From Patescibacteria group bacterium (GTDB taxonomy: Bacteria > Patescibacteriota > Patescibacteriia > SG8-24): 64,000 nucleotides of DNA. Under the pieces are notes generated by a model. That model saw only the letters and a program-made list of their open reading frames with translations, did no database searches and had not been told where the DNA came from. Location of the stretch: contig JBAYFM010000009.1 in NCBI GenBank assembly GCA_041667185.1, forward strand, positions 351 to 64,350, written 5' to 3'. The position numbers and the translations under genes are program-made. Below, one piece after another: positions 27,857 through 36,080 of the stretch (positions are counted from its first letter, which is position 1; every line of letters begins with the position of its first letter).

Positions 27857-30073
27857 TCAGACCTTGGGCAGGGTGAAATAGAATGTCGCCCCCTCGCCGA
27901 CCTTGCCTTCGGCCCAGGCCGTGCCGCCATGCCGCTCGATGATGCGCTTGATATTGGCCAGTCCCACGCCCGTACCCTCAAACTCGTCAATGCTGTGGAG
28001 CCGTTGGAATACGTTGAAGAGCTTATTGACGTCTTTCATGTCAAATCCGACGCCGTTGTCTTTGACGTAATAGGTTATCTTGTCAGTCTCGATCCTACTG
28101 CCGACCTCGATCACCGCTTTTTCCCGCGGCCCGGTGTATTTGATGGCGTTGGAAAGCAGGTTGGTCCAAACCAGACGAAGCGTGGACTTATCGGCCCGGG
28201 AGTCCGGCAATTTCTGGATGTTGCATTCGATCTGGCGGTCCGGAGCGGCCTTTTTCAACTCCTCGAACACCTCTTCGGCCATCGCGCCCATGGCAACGTA
28301 CTCCTTCTTTATTTCCTGCTGTCCCAGGCGAGAAAATGTCAGAAGATCGTCAATCAGCTTTCGCATCTGCGCGGAACTTGCCCGGATGTTCGCGACGATC
28401 TGCTTCCCGTTATCATCGAGCTTCGCCGCGTAATCTTCGAGGAGCATTTGCGCATAACCGTCGATAACCCGCAACGGCGCCCGGAGGTCATGGGAAGCCG
28501 AACCGCTGAACGCCTCCATTTCCTTGCTAGTCGATGCGATCACGTCAATCTTTTCCTTCGCCCGGGTGTTGTCGCGCATGACGCCAGTCACCCCCAAGAC
28601 GTTGCCCTTGTCGTCTTTATACACCGACGCATTGTAAAGGACATCAACAAGGTTGCCGCTTTGCGACCGGATCGTCAGAGGATAGTCGGCGATCGATCCT
28701 TGTTTGAAAACCAGTTCATAACCCTCGCGGGCCTTTTGGGGCTCAGTGAAATAATCGGGGAAATTGGTTCCGACAAGCTTCTCGCGCAACACCCCAGTAG
28801 CCCTGATCGCCGCCTCGTTCATGTCCATTATCTTGCCGTTGGCGCTGACCGTGAACAAAGGGTCGAGGCTGGCCTCGATCAGACTGCGGGCGTACCGCGA
28901 TAATTTTTTAGTTTCGGTCACGTCGCGCGCCGTGGCAAAGATGCCGCGCACCACGCCCAACGCGTCCTTATACACCGAAGCGTTGAACGACACATCAGTG
29001 ATCGTTCCTGAGGCATTGTGTATGGAAAGCGGATAATCTCTCACTTGTCCTTGTTTGAGAACCTTCCGATAACTGTCGCGCGCCTTGCTGGGCTCCGTGA
29101 AGTAGGTGGAAAAATCAGAATCAATAAGCCACTCCCGGGTGACGCCGGTGACCCCTTCGGTGGCCAGATTCACGCCGGTGATCTTTCCATCCGGACTGAT
29201 GATAAAGAGCGGATCAAGACTGGCCTCGATCAGACTGCGGGCGTAGGCGGAAGTCTCATGCAGCTTCTCCTCCACTTTTTTCCGATCGGTGATATCGCGC
29301 AGGGCGGCGATCGCTCCGAAAACATTACCCTTATCATCTTTATAGACGGAGGCGTTGTATAGGACGTCAGTGAGCCGTCCTGAAACATGACGGAGTACCA
29401 GCGGATATTCCCGGATGAATCCTTCCCTGAAGACCTGCTGATGTCCCTGAAGCGCCTCCGCAGGATCAGTGAAATAACTGGCAAAATCGCTCCCGATGAG
29501 TTTTTCCCGGGGTACGCCAGTGATGCTCACTTTCGCCTCATTCACGTCAGTGATCTTCCCATCCGGGCTGACCGTAACCATCGGATCAAGACCCGCCTCG
29601 ATGACGCTGCGGGCGTAAAACAGCGCCTGCTTGGACGCGGTAACGTCGCGAGCGACAGCCGAGACTCCGAGCACGTTTCCTGCTTCATCCTTGTAGACCG
29701 AGGCGTTAAAGAATACGTCGATGACTTTGCCGGTTTTTTGGCGAATGGTGAGCGGATAGTCGATGACGGCTCCTTCTTTAAAGACCAACTGGTATCCTTC
29801 GCGGGCTTTTTCCGCGTCAGTAAAATAACTGAAAAAGTCGGAGCCGATGATCTTTTCACGGACAACGCCGGTCATTTTTACCGTTGCCTCATTAACGTCG
29901 GTGATCTTTCCTTCCGGACTGATGGCCAGCAAAGGATCAAGACTGGCTTCGATCAGGCTGCGGGTGTAGAGCGCGGTTTGACCAGACCCGACGGCCGCGG
30001 CGGCATCACCAACCTTGTCGGCGCCGTTGGGGGAGACTTCTTTCCCGTTCTTTGGATCTTTGATTGTGGCCAT
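27857..30073 (-). CDS. Cytoplasmic sensor histidine kinase with five tandem PAS domains plus HisKA plus HATPase_c
   Basis: 738 aa with no TM segments. Five ~120-aa PAS repeats of very high mutual identity (YARSLIEASLDPLF.ISPDGKITDVN.A....TGV.RE.LIGSDF..YFT ... DYPL.IR ... NASVYKD..GNV.G). H-box SASHDLRAPLR. G1/G2 boxes in the C-terminus (GTGVGLANIKRIIERHGG). Confidence 0.75.
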   Translation of the reverse strand: MATIKDPKNGKEVSPNGADKVGDAAAAVGSGQTALYTRSLIEASLDPLLAISPEGKITDVNEATVKMTGVVREKIIGSDFFSYFTDAEKAREGYQLVFKEGAVIDYPLTIRQKTGKVIDVFFNASVYKDEAGNVLGVSAVARDVTASKQALFYARSVIEAGLDPMVTVSPDGKITDVNEAKVSITGVPREKLIGSDFASYFTDPAEALQGHQQVFREGFIREYPLVLRHVSGRLTDVLYNASVYKDDKGNVFGAIAALRDITDRKKVEEKLHETSAYARSLIEASLDPLFIISPDGKITGVNLATEGVTGVTREWLIDSDFSTYFTEPSKARDSYRKVLKQGQVRDYPLSIHNASGTITDVSFNASVYKDALGVVRGIFATARDVTETKKLSRYARSLIEASLDPLFTVSANGKIMDMNEAAIRATGVLREKLVGTNFPDYFTEPQKAREGYELVFKQGSIADYPLTIRSQSGNLVDVLYNASVYKDDKGNVLGVTGVMRDNTRAKEKIDVIASTSKEMEAFSGSASHDLRAPLRVIDGYAQMLLEDYAAKLDDNGKQIVANIRASSAQMRKLIDDLLTFSRLGQQEIKKEYVAMGAMAEEVFEELKKAAPDRQIECNIQKLPDSRADKSTLRLVWTNLLSNAIKYTGPREKAVIEVGSRIETDKITYYVKDNGVGFDMKDVNKLFNVFQRLHSIDEFEGTGVGLANIKRIIERHGGTAWAEGKVGEGATFYFTLPKV

Positions 30074-30232
30074 AGGAACTTTATTGCTATTGAACCGAAT
30101 ATCGGCTAGTTGTCTTGAACGCCGTGGTCGTTGATCTTTTTTCGCTGACAGACACGATGATCAGTCAACAAATCGTCCTCGCGGGCTTAAAGCCCGTGCC
30201 GCCTGACGCAAAATCATCCTAAAAAGAACCGA

Positions 30233-30248
30233 TTGTATAATTATACAA
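30233..30248. promoter_or_regulatory. Perfect 16-nt palindrome TTGTATAATTATACAA in the histidine-kinase operon promoter region
   Basis: Self-complementary and contains TATAAT on both strands. Located 160 nt upstream of HK ATG 30073. Adjacent to a small gggctt/aagccc hairpin. Confidence 0.35.
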
Positions 30249-30308
30249 CAAAATGAGCCTTTAAGACACTTGGTTCGAAAAATATTTTTTTAGGGGGGCG
30301 AGTCGCGG

Positions 30309-30327
30309 TAGTCCCATGGGGATTCCT
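30309..30327 (-). repeat. 19-nt direct duplicate of the tRNA-Glu 3' end (acceptor 3' strand plus T-arm), att-site-like
   Basis: ggtagtcccatggggattc is identical to 30572-30590 (inside tRNA-Glu). Partial similarity continues 7 nt further. This is the same arrangement left by integrase-mediated insertion into a tRNA 3' end. Confidence 0.55.
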
Positions 30328-30543
30328 GCTCCCCTGGCGGCGCTGGAAAAGTTCTCATGTGCGCCGCCTCCTCCGGTTTTGCTCGCGTATAATTTGTGAT
30401 CGCTCGCAAAACCCCGGGCGGCCCTTGCCGCCCATGCGGCGCTCGCTAGTTCGCGCCACACCCCGGGTCATCCGCAACGTGCCATACTAGGCACGTTGCG
30501 TCTGTACCCTTCGAATCCCCACGGGAACCCTGACCAACAAAAA

Positions 30544-30571
30544 CGCCCCTCATGTGAGGGGCGCTTTTGTT
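30544..30571. terminator. Bidirectional intrinsic terminator (cgcccctcatgtgaggggcg) just 3' of tRNA-Glu
   Basis: An 8-bp GC stem with T-runs on both strands (minus tttttgttgg, plus cttttgtt). Confidence 0.6.
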
Positions 30572-30648
30572 GGTAGTCCCATGGGGATTCGAACCCCAGT
30601 TTTCTCCGTGAGAGGGAGACGTCCTGGACCGGGCTAGACGATGGGACC
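30571..30648 (-). tRNA. tRNA-Glu (anticodon CUC), CCA encoded
   Basis: Manual fold of the reverse complement GGTCCCATCGTCTAGCCCGGTCCAGGACGTCTCCCTCTCACGGAGAAAACTGGGGTTCGAATCCCCATGGGACTACCA. 7-bp acceptor, D-stem GTCT/GGAC, anticodon stem TCTCC/GGAGA with loop CTCTCAC, T-arm TGGGG-TTCGAAT-CCCCA. Strong similarity to E. coli tRNA-Glu. Confidence 0.75.
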
Positions 30649-30666
30649 GCGTCTTTTGCGAGATAA

Positions 30667-30695
30667 AAAGTAGCACGAACCGCTTTTTTTGTCGA
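30667..30695 (-). promoter_or_regulatory. Candidate promoter of tRNA-Glu (TCGACA-N17-TACTTT on minus strand)
   Basis: Minus-strand -35 TCGACA (30695-30690), 17-nt spacer, -10 TACTTT (30672-30667), ~18 nt upstream of tRNA position 1. Confidence 0.3.
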
Positions 30696-30762
30696 GTCCC
30701 CCGATCCGGATACGCCGCACATTCCGCTCCGCATGAACCCCCTCAGCTCCTGGCCCGGGACT

Positions 30763-31018
30763 TCTGATATTCTGACCGCTTTCGTTCGCCGCAGCCTATC
30801 CCCCTACGCTAAAGCTTCCCCCTCCGCCCCACCTTCGCTGAAGCTGCGGCGGGCCTGCCCAAAAACTGTTTCGGTGCGTGTCTACAAAAACTGGGCAGCT
30901 GTCAGACCCTTCATAGCTTTAGCGAAGAAGGGTGAAGCTGCGGGGGACAAGTCGGGGGATTCGCTGGTCTTAATATCCCGAGCTGACGCTCGGGATTGAA
31001 TTAAGGTGGCGAAAAAAA
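30763..31018. repeat. Structured intergenic element family 2, copy A (ends with covarying hairpin atcccgagctgacgctcgggat plus ggtggcgaaaaaaa)
   Basis: Shares tctgatattc(tg/ca)accgctttc(g/a)ttcgc(c/t)gcagcc, cgctaaagctgcgg, gggggattc, and the hairpin plus ggtggcgaaaaaaa tail with copies at 53983-54114 and 61887-62079. Confidence 0.55.
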
Positions 31019-31036
31019 CGAGCGCGATGGCGCTCG
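31012..31036 (-). terminator. Intrinsic terminator of the 31059..31460 gene
   Basis: Minus strand cgagcgccatcgcgctcg followed by ttttttt, 20 nt after the stop. Confidence 0.6.
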
Positions 31037-31058
31037 TTTATCGAAGAGAATTCCGCCG

Positions 31059-31460
31059 TCAAGCCTGCGGCAGGCGACGTCCGCCGGTCATATAAATCAC
31101 GGAGGCGTAACAAAAGTAACCATCGACGACCACCAACACCTCGGCTTCGCCGTAGATCCGGGTGCGGAGACCTCGGCAGATATCGGGTTCGTATTTTTCA
31201 AAGATCTGCCCGATGGAAGCGAAGAAATCGTCCTTGCCGACGGCGAAACCTTGTGGCAACGGTCCGGCGGCGGCTTTTGCCTCCAGGCCGAACATGACGG
31301 CCGTCACCTTCTGACTGTCAGCGTCTTCAGCCGGAATGACGAAGATGAGATCCTCGGGAGACCGGCCTTCCTCAATGGTCTGTCCGATCAGACCGCTGAT
31401 GATCCTGCGCGATCGCTCGGTAAAAGCAACTAGTTTGTCTTGAAGATTGGCAGGAATCAC
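31059..31460 (-). CDS. Hypothetical protein, 133 aa
   Basis: GTG start with a strong SD (aaaggagg 7 nt upstream). Soluble alpha/beta-looking protein (LVVVDGYFCYASVIYM). No family recognised. Confidence 0.4.
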   Translation of the reverse strand: MIPANLQDKLVAFTERSRRIISGLIGQTIEEGRSPEDLIFVIPAEDADSQKVTAVMFGLEAKAAAGPLPQGFAVGKDDFFASIGQIFEKYEPDICRGLRTRIYGEAEVLVVVDGYFCYASVIYMTGGRRLPQA

Positions 31461-31666
31461 GATTCGCCTCCTTTTTCTGCAAAGAACCGCCCGTCTATCG
31501 GGCCGAGGGCCACGTTAGCACCACGCGGGCTTTTTGCAATAGCGAGGCGCCAAGCCGCCGAAACACCGCCTCAACTTTGACGCTGGCCGATCATACTGTT
31601 AGTTTGAAGCGTCAACTGACCCCGAACATCCGGGCCAGACGCGCCCTTTGCCAAAGGAGCTTTCCC

Positions 31667-32242
31667 ATGAAGGAAACTCTGTCCGTCATATCCGGCCTGA
31701 TGTTCTTCGCCGCTTCCGTCCCCTACATCCGCGCGATCCTCAAAGGTCGGACCAAACCCTCCAAAGCCTCGTGGCTGATCTGGGCCGGCCTCGATTCGAT
31801 CGTCCTCGTCGGCATGATCGCGCAGCACACGCTGAACGGACAGATCATCGGCGCCGTTCTCGTGTCCTGGATGACGGCGCTCCTCGCCCTGAAGTACGGC
31901 CAGACGGGCTGGACGACGCTCGACAAGCTATGTCTCGGCGGCGCCGTTCTCGGACTCGCGCTCTGGCAGACGTTCAGCAATCCCCTTCTCGGACTCGCCG
32001 CGAGCCTGGCCATGATCTTCATCGGCGCCATTCCGACGTTCGTGTCGGCGTGGCGCGATCCGAACGGCGAGGATCGCTCGACCTGGATGCTCTTCTGGCT
32101 GTCGTGCGTGGCGGCGCTGTTCGCGATTCCTGATTGGACGCTGGCCGACGCCGCCCAGCCGATCATCTTCACCATGATCGACACGACCATGGTGTACCTC
32201 CTGTTCGTCCGCCCCTGTCTCCGACCGGCCAATCAGCGATAA
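31667..32242 (+). CDS. Hypothetical membrane protein (~6 TM, 191 aa)
   Basis: ATG at 31667 with SD aaaggagc. The ORF-track start at 31577 lacks an SD. Hydrophobic throughout. Confidence 0.45.
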   Translation: MKETLSVISGLMFFAASVPYIRAILKGRTKPSKASWLIWAGLDSIVLVGMIAQHTLNGQIIGAVLVSWMTALLALKYGQTGWTTLDKLCLGGAVLGLALWQTFSNPLLGLAASLAMIFIGAIPTFVSAWRDPNGEDRSTWMLFWLSCVAALFAIPDWTLADAAQPIIFTMIDTTMVYLLFVRPCLRPANQR

Positions 32243-32382
32243 CTCGCGCACCCGCGCGGCCAAGAGTGCACTCGCTCAGACCTCGCCGGGTGCGCTCTTT
32301 TTTCTGCGGAGCCCCGCCATTGACAGCTGTGCTGCGGTTGCCTAAGGTTGCCCCAACAACGCTCTTTCCAAAGGAAAATCCG

Positions 32383-32976
32383 ATGAAAGATCCGCTCATA
32401 CACGGCAACTCCAAAATGGGCCGGCGGGTGGCTATCTTCAACCTGCCACCGCTCGCCACTTGCGCTCCGACCGCTTGGTGCCGCCAGGGCAAGAACGGCC
32501 AGCCGGCCTGTTACGCCCTGCGCAACAATTTCCTTCTGCCGAACGTGTTGCGCGGCGCCCGGGAGCGGCTAGACTTCAGCCGCACCGACGGCTTCGTCGA
32601 CGCCATGATCACGGCCATCAAGAAGGCCCGCGTCAGATTCTTCCGCTTCCACTCGAGCGGCGACTTCTACTCGGCGGAGTACGTCCGAAAAGTCCTGGCC
32701 ATCGCCAGGGCGTGTCCGGAAACGCTCTTTCGGACCACCACTCGCCGCCGGGAATTCCGGGCCGAGCTGCAGCAGCTGAACAGCCTGCCGAATTTCATCG
32801 TCCGAGAAAGCCTGGATCCCGACCGGCCGGACCCGGTACTGGACTTGCCTTTCGCGGCCCTGGACAGCCTGCCCATCGCCGCCGCGCCCGGCACGATCCG
32901 CTGCCCGAACGATTGCGTCCAGTGCGGCTATTCCTGCTGGAAGCAACGCGACAACATGAGCCTGAAAGAACGCTGA
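32383..32976 (+). CDS. Cys-rich protein resembling the phage-associated GP88 family
   Basis: ATG at 32383 with SD aaaggaaaa. N-terminal HGNSKMGRRVAIFNLPPLATCAPTAWCRQGKNGQPACYA matches the NSKLG ... TCP ... C ... CYA pattern I recall for Pfam GP88 (mycobacteriophage gp88-like). C-terminal CPNDCVQCGYSCW. The family assignment is from memory. Confidence 0.4.
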   Translation: MKDPLIHGNSKMGRRVAIFNLPPLATCAPTAWCRQGKNGQPACYALRNNFLLPNVLRGARERLDFSRTDGFVDAMITAIKKARVRFFRFHSSGDFYSAEYVRKVLAIARACPETLFRTTTRRREFRAELQQLNSLPNFIVRESLDPDRPDPVLDLPFAALDSLPIAAAPGTIRCPNDCVQCGYSCWKQRDNMSLKER

Positions 32977-33069
32977 ACCTCGTTCCCGGCCGGACCGCCG
33001 GGAATTTTTTTATAGGAGCAAACCAAAACGACCCTTTTTCCAGAGTCGTTTTTTAACTGCGCCAGACTG

Positions 33070-33696
33070 TTACATCTCATCCGTGACTTCGGTCCACTCG
33101 AACACGTGCATATCCGCTCTTTCCCGGGTCGGATAATAAAACTCCGCCGGACCGCCGGAAGCTCTGGACCGCGGATCAAGAATATTCTTGTAGCTCCAAA
33201 AATAATCCCACCAATCGTCACCCAGAATCTCTCCCGAACTACCCCTCAGAAGCGCGGTCTCCTCGGTCACCTCGATGGCCCAAGCCTCTTGTGCGCCGGT
33301 CCAGACATAGACCCATCCGTGCCGCGCGACGTCGTCCGCGATCACCGAGGTGTCATACCCTTTCTCCTCCTGAAGATACCTGGCGAGCAGCTTGGACATG
33401 TCGGAACAGTCGAAAACATACTTCTCGTATTTCCGGTCGTAGTGAAACGCGTTCAAGACGCGTTGTAATTCCTTGGTATCGATATTCCGGTTGTAAGGCT
33501 TTTCCCGATCCGGGCTCGCAAAGATCACCGCGCGGGGCTGGCCGTGAAAAAAGGGTTGGGGAAACTTGATTCCAAGCATTGCGCCCGCAGCAGCCGAAAG
33601 CACCAAATAAGCCAGCGTCAGCAGGATCACGATCTGGACCGGATGGGCTTTGGCCGCTTCTTTTTCCGCTGGGGCCTTTTTCGATTCTTCGCTCAT
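33070..33696 (-). CDS. Membrane-anchored protein with transglutaminase-like cysteine-protease motif
   Basis: ATG at 33696 gives MSEESKK..., K/E-rich, then a TM helix (VQIVILLTLAYLVLSAAAGAML). YVFDCSDMSKLLARYL (Cys), HGWVYVW (His) and a downstream Asp resemble the Cys-His-Asp core of transglutaminase-like domains. Confidence 0.4.
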   Translation of the reverse strand: MSEESKKAPAEKEAAKAHPVQIVILLTLAYLVLSAAAGAMLGIKFPQPFFHGQPRAVIFASPDREKPYNRNIDTKELQRVLNAFHYDRKYEKYVFDCSDMSKLLARYLQEEKGYDTSVIADDVARHGWVYVWTGAQEAWAIEVTEETALLRGSSGEILGDDWWDYFWSYKNILDPRSRASGGPAEFYYPTRERADMHVFEWTEVTDEM

Positions 33697-33801
33697 ATTG
33701 AGATAAATATAACACGATATTGGTTTTGCCGCGCAAGTGTAGTATATTTTCAAGTAATTGCCGGCCGCTACTGGCCGGTCTAAGCCTAGCGCGCTCTCCC
33801 T

Positions 33802-34578
33802 ATGGACGAGATCAAGACGCAACAAACCACGCCGTCGGAAGAAAAAAAACGCCGCCCGATCTGGCCGGTCTTTTTGATCATCGCGGTCGCAGCGGCGATC
33901 GGGATCGCCTGGGAATTGACCGACGACAGCAGATCAGGGGCGATCCAAGAACCAGCGGCCGCGCAGGACCAGGCGGCATCTGCGATCTCCGACGCCATTG
34001 AGCAGCCCCCGGCACAGCCGGCCTCCCGACCCGAACCGGCAGCTCAGCCGCCGGCAGCGCCCGGCCCCGACCTGGCGAACTGGGTCGGCTTCGCCGACGA
34101 AACGACCGGCTATCAGATCATGTATCCCCCGTCCGACGCGCAGCCGGTCTCTAATCCGGAGGTCGGCATCATTGACCTGCAGCCGGCGATCGGCGACAAG
34201 CAGCGGACCCTCAAGATCGAAGTCCTCCCCAGAACGGACGCGCGCGCCGACGACGACGGCTGCGTTGACCGGTCGCTCAGCGCGGACAAGCCGATCTTCG
34301 AGACCATCAACGGTTTCGATTATTGCCTGGTCGCGTACAACGAAGGAGCCGCCGGCAGCACTTACCGATCCTATGTCTTCACGACCGTTCACGAACCGCG
34401 GGAACTGGTGGTTTTCACTTTCACCATCCGCTATCCGACCAGCGTCCGGATCTACGCCGGCTGCGAGAGTGACGCGGACCAAGCCAAGCCGTTCTGCGTC
34501 GAACATGCTTTCGACGAAACCCGCGACACCGCGCTCTTCCGCCATATCCTCGGCACGCTTTTCCATCTGCAGAAATGA
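33802..34578 (+). CDS. Hypothetical membrane-anchored secreted protein, 258 aa
   Basis: N-terminal K/R-rich segment, then a TM (PIWPVFLIIAVAAAIGIAW), a Pro/Ala-rich linker and a globular domain with 4 Cys. Confidence 0.45.
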   Translation: MDEIKTQQTTPSEEKKRRPIWPVFLIIAVAAAIGIAWELTDDSRSGAIQEPAAAQDQAASAISDAIEQPPAQPASRPEPAAQPPAAPGPDLANWVGFADETTGYQIMYPPSDAQPVSNPEVGIIDLQPAIGDKQRTLKIEVLPRTDARADDDGCVDRSLSADKPIFETINGFDYCLVAYNEGAAGSTYRSYVFTTVHEPRELVVFTFTIRYPTSVRIYAGCESDADQAKPFCVEHAFDETRDTALFRHILGTLFHLQK

Positions 34579-34834
34579 TCCTCCAGCTACCCGCCACCAG
34601 CGATCAAATTAGACAACCGCCGCCGAATCCGGCAAAATATCAACAGTCGCGTGGCTACAGACCCTAATAGAAAATTCTTAAATCCCCCTATGGCCAAAGG
34701 CAATAATTCCCAGCGGAAAGAAAAGAAGAAACCCAAGAAAGACAAGAAATAATTTCCAGCCGTCAGCTGGCAAAAACCGAGCGGAAATCAAAACGACCCC
34801 CGATCAAGGGGTCGTTTTCGCTAGGCGCTGAATG

Positions 34835-35224
34835 TTATGCCTGGTCCTGAGGGCGCGCGTCCGGATGATCGCTGACCCGTTTTGCGTTCTTCTCCTCGGT
34901 CTTGGCGACCAGTTTCTCGAGCGGATTCTCTTCGTTGCCGCCCAGAGCCTCGATCGCGGCATCGAGTTCGCCTTCGTCGGCTTTAGCCAACACGCCCTTA
35001 GTAGCCTCGACATGGCGCTTGCCGTGTTCAAGCATCTCGACCGCGGACTGGAGTTCAGCCTCGCTAGCATCAGCCAACGGACCTTCGCCGGAAGCAGCCG
35101 TCTTCCACTGTTGGTCTTTGGGTGCGATACCCTTGGCCACGATATCAACCTCTTTGTCGCTAGCCTCGGCCAGCGGACCTTCGCCCGTCTCCAACGGGAC
35201 CCAGCCTTTTTCTTCAAAGCTCAT
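34835..35224 (-). CDS. Hypothetical acidic protein with repeated GEGPLA(E/D)AS(D/E) motifs
   Basis: 129 aa with ATG at 35224. Very acidic, no TM. Confidence 0.4.
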   Translation of the reverse strand: MSFEEKGWVPLETGEGPLAEASDKEVDIVAKGIAPKDQQWKTAASGEGPLADASEAELQSAVEMLEHGKRHVEATKGVLAKADEGELDAAIEALGGNEENPLEKLVAKTEEKNAKRVSDHPDARPQDQA

Positions 35225-35289
35225 AATTTTGCGGTTAATTCACGCTAACTATTGAAAATATAGCATAAAATGGGCGTTTTGTCAACGCG

Positions 35290-35415
35290 AGGGAGTGTGG
35301 GAGTGCAGGAGAGACGGAGTGAGGGAGTGCTGGAGAGACGGAGTGAGGGAGTGCTGGAGTGCTGGAGTCAAAAAAAATATCGATTGACTCCGTCTCTCCC
35401 ACACTCCGTTTCTCC
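35290..35415. repeat. Octamer-array palindromic repeat, copy R7 (centre aaaaaaaatatcgattgactccg)
   Basis: gggagtgtgggagtgcaggagagacggagtgagggagtgctggagagacggagtgagggagtgctggagtgctggagtc ... atcgattgactccgtctctcccacactccgtttctcc. Confidence 0.7.
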
Positions 35416-35440
35416 AAAAAAAAGACGCCGCTAAGGGCGT

Positions 35441-35938
35441 CTAGTTCGGCCGCTCGATGGACCGAACTTTCTTGCCGGACTCACGATGGAGCCGGATCGC
35501 TTCGACCAGGATAATGGCGCAGCGCTGGGCGAATTCCCGTTCGCGGGGCTCGGAATACTTCTTCCAGATCCGCGTGAAACGGAGATGAACGTTTTCCAGT
35601 CCGGGATCGGCGAGATGTGACTTCGCCATGGAGAAGAGCTGCTGGAATGGGCAGACATAGAAGCGTTCGATCGCTTCCGGATCCGCCTGGCCAAAAGTCT
35701 CTGGCAGGACGGCGAGGAACTCCGCGAGGATGTTCTTGCGCCGGGCTTGGACCGCCGGGTCGGCATCATGACAAAGCTTTTCGAGCTCGGTCACGATGAG
35801 ATACTGAGCCGTAACGTCGGCGATCTGCCGTCCCGCGCACGCGAGGATCGCGTTGAGCCTCTCCAGAGACTCGTCGGCGCCGGTTCGGACGATGGACGTC
35901 TTCAACTGACGCATTTCAGTATTTTCCATGATAGGCAT
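35441..35938 (-). CDS. Hypothetical helical protein, 165 aa
   Basis: ATG at 35938 with SD aaagg gives MPIMENTEMRQLK. The stop overlaps a terminator hairpin agacgccgctaagggcgtct plus T-run on the minus strand (35415-35443). Confidence 0.4.
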   Translation of the reverse strand: MPIMENTEMRQLKTSIVRTGADESLERLNAILACAGRQIADVTAQYLIVTELEKLCHDADPAVQARRKNILAEFLAVLPETFGQADPEAIERFYVCPFQQLFSMAKSHLADPGLENVHLRFTRIWKKYSEPREREFAQRCAIILVEAIRLHRESGKKVRSIERPN

Positions 35939-36080
35939 CCTTTGTGAGACGCCCATCATGGGGCGCCGGGGTCTGTTGTAAAGAACAACGGACCGTAGCA
36001 AAGATCCGCCCATAAGTCAAGATGCGGTCTGGCCAAACAAAAAGCCGCCGAGCGGGGCTCGACGGCTTCTCTTTCTGGTC

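Noticed and set aside
30296-30535. Possible tmRNA (ssrA) gene on the minus strand, suggested by GGATTCGAAGGG near one end and a tRNA-like acceptor/T-arm at the other
   Set aside because: Only ~240 nt, which is short for a tmRNA. The T-arm-like loop is 9 nt (AGCAGGAAT), not the canonical UUCGAAU/UUCAACU. The tRNA-like end copies tRNA-Glu, not the Ala-like acceptor expected. I could not find a plausible resume codon followed by a tag ORF ending ...AA-stop. Kept as a finding in its att-scar and tRNA-derived element interpretation only.
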